Sequence record: SRR20825006_1197
DNA length: 26,963 nucleotides
Reading direction: 5' to 3' (one strand)
Positions within the stretch are counted from its first letter, which is position 1, and every line of letters starts with the position of its first letter. A program made the translations under genes and the position numbers. Below the pieces are notes generated by a model that had not been told where the DNA came from, made no database searches, and saw only the letters and a list, made by a program, of their open reading frames with translations. This document shows, piece after piece, positions 20,465-26,963 of this stretch.

Positions 20465-20746
20465 TCACTCTCGAGGCATCGCAATCGCGTGCAGGCTGAC
20501 CACGGTACCAACGGCGATCATCGCCAATCCCAACCAGCGTGGCGGGTGAACACGTTTGGTCGGTTTGGGGTGCACCTGCATCAGAAAATTGCTGAATGAA
20601 TCTTGTGCGACCACATTGGACTTCTTTGACATCTTCGCCATCGCTCGAGTCGTTGGTTCGTTAAGAACAAACGAGTCGACCATTCGAAATTGGACGCCCA
20701 GCAATATCAGCAGGACTCCGATCATGAAGTACCGATTTCGATTCAT
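20465..20746 (-). CDS. Small hypothetical membrane protein (two TM helices)
   Basis: 'MNRNRYFMIGVLLILLGVQF...PPRWLGLAMIAVGTVVSLHA'. Start uncertain; the ORF extends to 20770. Confidence 0.7.
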   Translation of the reverse strand: MNRNRYFMIGVLLILLGVQFRMVDSFVLNEPTTRAMAKMSKKSNVVAQDSFSNFLMQVHPKPTKRVHPPRWLGLAMIAVGTVVSLHAIAMPRE

Positions 20747-20917
20747 GTCCATTGCGATCATTCCCATCACGCGTGAAGCCTACGCTCTGAACTGAGCGCT
20801 GCTGGAAATCATCGACTTGGTCGGCGGTCGAGCTCGAACGATCCGACTCAGAATCACGTTGTCGTGAATGACACGAATGATGCAAGCGAATTCAATGAAG
20901 CGGTCGTGACGGTTGCA

Positions 20918-21208
20918 TCACTTGGCAAACAAACCATCGACCAACGAATGAACATTTTCTCGAAACCCCGTCAGGGTTGAGTCGGACAGCAATTCGGATC
21001 GATTGCTCTTCATGATCGCAGCAGCCAACGGTTTGTGCTCCTTCCAATCGTCCAGCGTGTAGTCGCGAATGTCGACGTAAACGTCTTGCAGATTGTTGCT
21101 GATCTTCGGAACCAGGAAAAATCCTTCTTCTCCACGTACCAGGTGGTAATGCATCGAACCGTACATCAGCACGGCCCCGGTCAACATTCCAAAGAAAAAA
21201 CGAGACAT
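20918..21208 (-). CDS. Small hypothetical protein with N-terminal membrane anchor
   Basis: 96 aa; 'MSRFFFGMLTGAVLMYGSMHYHLVR' anchor then 'YVDIRDYTLDDWKEH'. Purine-rich 'AGGAATGG' precedes the start on the minus strand. Confidence 0.75.
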   Translation of the reverse strand: MSRFFFGMLTGAVLMYGSMHYHLVRGEEGFFLVPKISNNLQDVYVDIRDYTLDDWKEHKPLAAAIMKSNRSELLSDSTLTGFRENVHSLVDGLFAK

Positions 21209-21319
21209 CCAACCATTCCTTGACCAACGTTTTCAGAAGCTCAGCCGCTCCCGCTTCCTTCATCGTTCGTCATCGAGTGTCAAAAAGCAAGGGGATCTGC
21301 TGGCGGTCGATGCGTGTGT

Positions 21320-22303
21320 TCAATCTTGTTGGGCGAAATCAACGACACGTTCCGTCACCCTATCAACGACTTTTTTCCTGTCTTCGCAAAGAATCGCGAC
21401 GTGGTCCAATTCGGGATAAAAATCCACGGTGGCCAAGTCATTCCATTGAACACCGGGCAACATTTCAAAGAATTGCTCGGCGTAGTTGTAAATCTCCAAC
21501 GCGCCGCCGGTGTAGATCATGTGCAGGCGGCACCCGCGATTTGCTAGCTGCTGAAACTCCACTTCCGCAGCTTCGCGAGAGGGATACTCACGCAAATCCG
21601 ATCCCATGGGCATGGTCGAGTATTCGGGGCCGGAAGAGTCGGGAAGCAAACGCAGCAACCAATTCATCGCTGAAATTTTTCCGATGACCCGCCGGCTCAG
21701 GCGTTTCCACGCGGCCGATGAGGCGAGTCGTGGCGCGTAATGATGTCGAATCCGATTCCACCGAAAGCGACGCGTGGGGTAGCCGCACGCATCCATCGTG
21801 ATGACGCCGGATACTCGCGAATCTTTTTGCGCGGCGTGAATCGAATCGTCCGCGCCAGAGCACAATCCGAAGAGGATGACCTTTTGAATCCCGTGTTGTT
21901 CTTCGAGCCAATCGATCGCTTCGCGAATTTCATCACTGGCTCGATCGATCGAACGACCGCTGGCCCCAACTGGCAAGCTTTCACCAATACCTGACAAGTC
22001 GAACCGGAACGATGCCACGCCGCGTCGGCCGAGTCGGCGTGCGATGTCAACGTGCAGTCGAAACGGTCCGGCGTTGTGTAACATTCCTGGGGTAACGAAG
22101 ATCACTGCCGTCTTGGCATCCACCGGATTGCTTGTTGGATGGAAAATGCCGACCAAATGGTGATGGCTGCCGAAGACGACTGCTTGTTCTGCAGCGGCAC
22201 GGTCAGTGTGATTGCGTCCGGTTTCATTCCGCTTTGACGGAACCAACGTAGGAACAATGGTGGAGCTGGCGAATGAAGTGGTGGGTACGTTGGTTGGATT
22301 CAT
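21320..22303 (-). CDS. Alpha/beta hydrolase with Cys nucleophile (exosortase-associated hydrolase 1-like; putative aminoacyltransferase)
   Basis: 'RFDLSGIGES', nucleophile elbow 'FGLCSGA' (about 21854-21868), C-terminal His in 'ELDHV'. ATGA overlap with the NRPS-like gene. Confidence 0.85.
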   Translation of the reverse strand: MNPTNVPTTSFASSTIVPTLVPSKRNETGRNHTDRAAAEQAVVFGSHHHLVGIFHPTSNPVDAKTAVIFVTPGMLHNAGPFRLHVDIARRLGRRGVASFRFDLSGIGESLPVGASGRSIDRASDEIREAIDWLEEQHGIQKVILFGLCSGADDSIHAAQKDSRVSGVITMDACGYPTRRFRWNRIRHHYAPRLASSAAWKRLSRRVIGKISAMNWLLRLLPDSSGPEYSTMPMGSDLREYPSREAAEVEFQQLANRGCRLHMIYTGGALEIYNYAEQFFEMLPGVQWNDLATVDFYPELDHVAILCEDRKKVVDRVTERVVDFAQQD

Positions 22304-25050
22304 GATTGCACCTCGATTGCACTGCCGCCATCGAGCTTGTCGACCAGGAGTTGTGTGATGTGCCGAATCGCACCGGGTGATGAGAACGCCGATTCGTTGA
22401 GCTCGGGACGGTCCCAGCCAATTTCGTCGTCCATTTGAATGACGGAGCCAGTGATCGATGAAGGCGAATCATCGATTCCGGGAACCTCATAGTCTTGGCT
22501 GAGCAGCAACGTGGTCGCGGGAGCATCCTGCGATTCATTCAGGTCCAATTTCAACTGACTCAATTGCCGGCGTACCACGTGATTCAGTCGTGTGCCGTAG
22601 GCTTGGTCGATCGAACTCGACTCTCGTGGTCGTGCAAAACGTACTTCGTTAGTGAGCGTTTTTGCGTGAAGTTGGTCGAGGTTTTGAACAAATGTCTCTC
22701 CACAAACAACGGGGTCCCAGAGCAGCCGGTGGTTGATCCCGGTAGCTGCCGAGCACGCCGCCAAGGTTGCTCCCAAACGGATCCCAATTAGAGAGACTGA
22801 ATCAAGCTCGTGTCGCTGACGCATCCAATTCGAGACATCGCGAATGTTTTTCATCATCACGTGCGGCGAGGCTTCCAGTGCGTTGCCGTGCGAGTTACCA
22901 GTTCCCGCGTAATCGAAACGCAGGACATCAAAGCCCTGTTGAGCCAAATGCACGGCAAGCTGCTGCAAATTTCGATAGCTACGCGCGTACTCATGGCCAT
23001 ACGCATGACACAGCACAACCGCTCGGTTCTGTCGTGTTTGTCGCGAGGGTGGCGAGTAGTGCACCGCGAAAAGATCATGTGCACCGCTTGGTAGAAAAAA
23101 CGCTTCCATGACTGGCAAACGATCCCGCTGAGATTGAATCGCTGCTGTCGCTTCGTCCGCTGTCTTTGATTCGTCGCCCAACATCGCTTGAATGTGACGA
23201 GCAGCGAGTTCAATCGTTGGGTTAGCAAAGAAATCTCGAACGGGAAGCTCCAATCCCAACTGGTTCTTGACCCGAGCAACCACCTGGGTCACCAACAATG
23301 AACTTCCGCCGAGCAGGAAAAAGTCGTCGTCAATTCCGATCTGCGGAACCTGCAGGACGGAGCTCCAGATCTCACACAGTTGTCGCTGCAAATCTGATTG
23401 AGGTTCAACGAGGCTTTCCTCGCGGGCCACGACGGCATGGCTGCTATCGGGAAGGCTTTCGCGATCAATTTTTCCGTTGATCGTTTTGGGGAACGATTCA
23501 ACAAAAACGAAACGTGTCGGCACCATGTAAGGCGGCAATTTCTCTCGCAGGTGCTTGGCAATTCGAGCAGCAGTTGCGGGGAGTTCGCTCGACGTTTCTT
23601 TGTTGAGGATGTTGGTAGGAAGTCTGTCTGCACCCAAGCCGATGTGCGCGAGCAATGTGGTTTGCCCATCCATTGATTCGGCGGTCACCAATGCCTCTTT
23701 GACCTCGGAGATCGAAGTCAGTGCGGCTTCGATTTCTCCGGGTTCAATGCGGTACGATCCAAGTTTGATCTGATGATCGACTCGGCCACCAAAGTCGATG
23801 TTGCCATCATCCATCCAGCGGGCGATGTCTCCGGTTCGGTACCAACGTTGTATTTCGCCGTGCGAACTCGGACGTTCAATGAAGACTGCGTGAGTCAGTT
23901 CTGGTCGATTGAGATAGCCGTCGGCCAATGCCGGACCACCGATGAACAGTTGCCCCGTTTCACCCACGGAGACTTCCGCCAAGTCTTTGTCGAAGATCGC
24001 CGCGGAATATCCGGGCAGAGGTTTTCCAATCGGCATGTTGGCACCGGCGAAGTCAGCTTCGGGTACGAATACTGTCGCGGTGACGGTGGCTTCCGTAGGT
24101 CCATAAGCGTTACACCACAAAACATCGTGATCGCAGATGGTTTGCCAACGTCGATAATGATCGACACTCACTTTTTCTCCCGTGACGACCATCAATCGGA
24201 GGCTCTTCGGAACACGAGAACCGGTGGCGACCATCAAATCAACCCATTGATGCCAATAGGCGGTTGCAAGGTGGACGGCAGTGATTCGGAGCGAGTCGAT
24301 GATGTGCGAAAGTTCATTGGCTGAATCGGCTCGTTCGAGCGGTCGCACCACGACGCAGCTACCGCACAACAATGGTGGGAATATTTCTTCGATCGCGATG
24401 TCAAAGGTGAGCGTTGAGAACTGCAGCGTCCGGTCACTCGCATGCAAGCGGTAGACTTCCGTGTCCGCTTCGCAATAGGTCGTCAGTGCAGCGTGATTGA
24501 TTAGCACGCCCTTGGGATTACCCGTCGATCCCGAGGTGTACATGACATAGGCGAGTTGCTCGCCAGTCAGTTTGAAATAGTCTTCTCGTACTGGGGCGGT
24601 GGACGAGTTCTCAGCACGGATCAGATCCGATGCTTCCAACCAGTTGAGAGTCCCGATCGAGTTTTCCGAGCTAGTCGAGGACTCATCGGCATCGAACAAC
24701 GAACGATATTTCGCGTGGCCAAACAGCGTTTTGATTTCAGCGTCTTCCAGCATGAAACGCAATCGCTCGGCCGGGTACTCTGGATCCAAAGGCACAAATG
24801 CCGCACCGGCCAGATGAATCCCCAGCATCGCAGCAATGGCGATGGGACTGCGGTCGACACACATTCCCACTCGATCACCCGGCAGAACGCCGGCGGTACG
24901 TAGTGACTCAGCGATGTGACAAGATTGCAATCGCAGTTCGCGGTAGGTCCACGAGCAATCGTCTTGCACAACCGCAACCCGATCTGGGGTGGATTCGCAT
25001 TGCTTCCAAAACAGATCAATGAATGGCGGGATCGATTCAATTGACTTCAT
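22300..25050 (-). CDS. NRPS-like protein: adenylation domain + PCP + alpha/beta-hydrolase-like domain; no condensation domain
   Basis: A1 'WTYREL', A3 'YVMYTSGSTGNPKG', A4 'FDIA', A5 'NAYGPTE', A7 'YRTGD', A8 'GRVDHQIKLGSYRIEPGEIE', A10 'NGKIDR'; PCP 'DDFFLLGGSSLL'; C-terminal 'RFDYAGTGNS...GIRLGA...LWDPV'. Confidence 0.95.
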   Translation of the reverse strand: MKSIESIPPFIDLFWKQCESTPDRVAVVQDDCSWTYRELRLQSCHIAESLRTAGVLPGDRVGMCVDRSPIAIAAMLGIHLAGAAFVPLDPEYPAERLRFMLEDAEIKTLFGHAKYRSLFDADESSTSSENSIGTLNWLEASDLIRAENSSTAPVREDYFKLTGEQLAYVMYTSGSTGNPKGVLINHAALTTYCEADTEVYRLHASDRTLQFSTLTFDIAIEEIFPPLLCGSCVVVRPLERADSANELSHIIDSLRITAVHLATAYWHQWVDLMVATGSRVPKSLRLMVVTGEKVSVDHYRRWQTICDHDVLWCNAYGPTEATVTATVFVPEADFAGANMPIGKPLPGYSAAIFDKDLAEVSVGETGQLFIGGPALADGYLNRPELTHAVFIERPSSHGEIQRWYRTGDIARWMDDGNIDFGGRVDHQIKLGSYRIEPGEIEAALTSISEVKEALVTAESMDGQTTLLAHIGLGADRLPTNILNKETSSELPATAARIAKHLREKLPPYMVPTRFVFVESFPKTINGKIDRESLPDSSHAVVAREESLVEPQSDLQRQLCEIWSSVLQVPQIGIDDDFFLLGGSSLLVTQVVARVKNQLGLELPVRDFFANPTIELAARHIQAMLGDESKTADEATAAIQSQRDRLPVMEAFFLPSGAHDLFAVHYSPPSRQTRQNRAVVLCHAYGHEYARSYRNLQQLAVHLAQQGFDVLRFDYAGTGNSHGNALEASPHVMMKNIRDVSNWMRQRHELDSVSLIGIRLGATLAACSAATGINHRLLWDPVVCGETFVQNLDQLHAKTLTNEVRFARPRESSSIDQAYGTRLNHVVRRQLSQLKLDLNESQDAPATTLLLSQDYEVPGIDDSPSSITGSVIQMDDEIGWDRPELNESAFSSPGAIRHITQLLVDKLDGGSAIEVQS

Positions 25051-26411
25051 GAGACCACCATTGATGAACCAAACGAGGTGACCGGCGATCCTGTGGATGG
25101 AATGAGTGTTGGCGTGGTTGCGGAAGGATTTGGAAACACTGTTTGCAAGCTTTGTCGAAACAGTTGCAAACCTTGTTGAAGTTGTTGTTCCGGGATGTTC
25201 AGGGCGGGCATGAACTTCAGGACTTCGTCATCGCTGCCACAGGACTCCAGCAGCAAGCCATTTTGAAATGCGGTGTCGATGACCTTGCGAGCCAGATCGC
25301 CACGGCGAACGTCCAGGCCCCAAATCATTCCTCGACCGCGAAGGTCCCAGTTCTCGCTTACGTGTTCCGAAACGATGGACGACAAGAATGCTTGAAGCGT
25401 GTTGCTGCGGACTTGGATGCCATCCACGAATGAGCCCTCATTCCAGTGGTTCAAGACCGCGTTGGCCGCAACGAAAGCTAGGTTGTTGCCTCGGAAAGTG
25501 CCAGTGTGTTGCCCCGGTTGCCATACATCGCACTCGGGGCGAATCATCACCAGCGACAGAGGTAGGCCGCCACCGATGGATTTCGAGAGACATATCAGGT
25601 CGGGCGATAAGCCGGCTTTTTCGAAGCTGAAGAACTCTCCCGTCCGGCCATTGCCAACTTGAATGTCGTCCACAATCAACAGCACATCGTGTTCGCGGCA
25701 TAGCGTTTGGACTCGTTGCAACCATGCATCACTGGCCACGTGAATCCCGCCTTCCCCTTGGATCGTCTCTAGCACGACCGCCGCGGGGAGCGGCATTCCG
25801 CTGCTACGGTCGGTCAGCATTTTTTCGAGCAAGATGGTCGTGTCGAAATCGCCAAGGTAGCCGTCGTACGGGAGAAAGCTGACGTTGTTGTGCGATCCGT
25901 AGTATTCGCTGTGGTAGGACTGGTTCCCTGTTAGTGACAAAGAGCCCAGCGAATGGCCGTGGTACGCATTGGTGAATGCGACCACATGAGAACGTTTGCG
26001 ATGTTGCTTTGCGAGCTTGATCGCCGCTTCCACCGCGTTTGTGCCCGTCGGGCCGGTGAACTGGATCTTGTAGTCCATGGAACGCGGTTTCAGGATCGTT
26101 TGCTCGAACCTGTCCAAGAACTGAGCTTTGGCCTCGGTCATCATGTCCAGCGAATGTTGGATCCCATCATGGGAGACGTAGTCCAACAAAGCTTGCTTCA
26201 CAGCCGGCGGATTGTGACCGTAGTTCAACGATCCAGCGCCGCAGAAGAAGTCGATGAACTGACGACCTTCCGCGGTCGTCAATGTCGAGCCTTTTGCGGT
26301 TTGAAAGACGCTTGGGAAGAGTCGGCAATAACCCCGCACCTCCGATTCCAAGCGTTCAACGGTGTTGGTTGCTGAATCTGAAATGGATGTTGAATGACTC
26401 AACCGAAACAC
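25047..26411 (-). CDS. ectB: Diaminobutyrate--2-oxoglutarate transaminase (EctB-type class III PLP aminotransferase)
   Basis: 'ESEVRGYCRLFP', 'IDFFCGAGSLNYGHN', 'QFTGPTGTNAVEAAIK', 'ETIQGEGG', 'DDIQVGNGRTG', PLP Lys in 'LSKSIGG', 'WQPGQHTGTFRGNN'. ATGA overlap with the NRPS start. Confidence 0.92.
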   Translation of the reverse strand: MFRLSHSTSISDSATNTVERLESEVRGYCRLFPSVFQTAKGSTLTTAEGRQFIDFFCGAGSLNYGHNPPAVKQALLDYVSHDGIQHSLDMMTEAKAQFLDRFEQTILKPRSMDYKIQFTGPTGTNAVEAAIKLAKQHRKRSHVVAFTNAYHGHSLGSLSLTGNQSYHSEYYGSHNNVSFLPYDGYLGDFDTTILLEKMLTDRSSGMPLPAAVVLETIQGEGGIHVASDAWLQRVQTLCREHDVLLIVDDIQVGNGRTGEFFSFEKAGLSPDLICLSKSIGGGLPLSLVMIRPECDVWQPGQHTGTFRGNNLAFVAANAVLNHWNEGSFVDGIQVRSNTLQAFLSSIVSEHVSENWDLRGRGMIWGLDVRRGDLARKVIDTAFQNGLLLESCGSDDEVLKFMPALNIPEQQLQQGLQLFRQSLQTVFPNPSATTPTLIPSTGSPVTSFGSSMVVS

Positions 26412-26571
26412 CTGCGATCAATGAAGAATTGCGAAGAACAAACTGGCATTGAAAGCTAGAACGCCACCCTCTGCCGAACGGATCTGGCCCCGTCAGCCAC
26501 GAAAGTTCTTTGTGGGGACTGGATGCCTTTGTCGGTTGTTCGGATTCTACCGAAGGTGTGGTTGGGAACGT

Positions 26572-26829
26572 TCAACCTTCCTCGGCTTGTTTTCGCCGGT
26601 ATTCCTTACGGTCGTTTTGGTATTGTTCCGGGGCAGGCAACGATTCGGCATTCGGGTCGGTGGAATCGAATAAACGTTGAAGGAACGGGCGGCACCAACC
26701 GCAACCTGTTCCGGCGCCAAAGCACCGTGACAGTTCGCTGACCCGCCGTGGTTTCTCCACCCGAATGAACTGCTCGACTTTTCGCCTCGGGACGTGGAAG
26801 CAAAGGCACAGGTTGTCGTCAGGTTTCAT
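26572..26829 (-). CDS. BFD-like [2Fe-2S]-binding protein
   Basis: C-X-C...C-X2-C pattern: 'LCLCFHV...GAGTGCGWC'. ATG 26829 is preferred over 26862. Confidence 0.85.
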   Translation of the reverse strand: MKPDDNLCLCFHVPRRKVEQFIRVEKPRRVSELSRCFGAGTGCGWCRPFLQRLFDSTDPNAESLPAPEQYQNDRKEYRRKQAEEG

Positions 26830-26888
26830 GAGAGAAATCGATGTGGAGGGGGAAGGCACCAAGTGATGCTATGAGCCAAGCCCTCGAA

Positions 26889-26963
26889 TTGAAACCCGTG
26901 TCTGCGAAATGTCGCCGCTCCGCGGCTTTGGGGGGGGCGTCCGGGACGTCGGGTTGAAACCCG
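26889..26963. repeat. Probable REP-like intergenic repeat element, truncated by the window end
   Basis: TTGAAACCCG at 26889-26898 and 26954-26963; hairpin CGGGT-TGAA-ACCCG at 26950-26963; GC-rich GTCGCCGCTCCGCGGCT at 26911-26927. Confidence 0.45.

Noticed and set aside
22300-23115. Canonical NRPS thioesterase or reductase release domain
   Set aside because: No GxSxG (it reads GIRLG) and no Rossmann NAD(P)H-binding motif.
22300-25050. Poly-amino-acid synthetase (epsilon-poly-lysine or poly-Dab, Pls type)
   Set aside because: Lacks the transmembrane segments and tandem C-like domains of Pls enzymes.
25047-26411. Ectoine biosynthesis cluster
   Set aside because: No ectA or ectC in the window; ectB is coupled to an NRPS-like gene.
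26860-26963. Possible CRISPR array: two TTGAAAC ends 65 bp apart
   Set aside because: The 25-30 bases upstream of each TTGAAAC do not match, identity extends downstream instead, and no cas genes are present.

Overview
Gene-dense bacterial chromosomal window with about 19 CDS. Gene style and content suggest a planctomycete (Rhodopirellula-like); this is an inference. Left to right: a 5'-truncated AsmA-like envelope protein; a periplasmic binding protein coupled to an orphan PAS-PAS histidine kinase; a Ski2-like helicase coupled to lpxK; a RimB-like protease plus a RimK ligase with an extra TrkA-C/RCK_C domain; an SDR; an RNase Z-like metallo-hydrolase; a NitT/TauT (NMT1/THI5) ABC transporter; an LpxL-family acyltransferase; three hypothetical genes; and a BFD-like [2Fe-2S] protein with a REP-like element at the right edge. 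The best candidate for an undescribed system is the translationally coupled minus-strand operon at 21320-26411. It encodes an orphan EctB-type diaminobutyrate transaminase, a condensation-less NRPS-like protein (A domain with a Dab-like code read by eye, PCP, and an alpha/beta-hydrolase domain with Arg at the nucleophile position) and a separate Cys-nucleophile (GLCSG) alpha/beta hydrolase. The inference is a make-activate-transfer machine that attaches 2,4-diaminobutyrate to an unknown acceptor, possibly a surface glycan or lipid. All calls come from motif recognition; no database searches were run.
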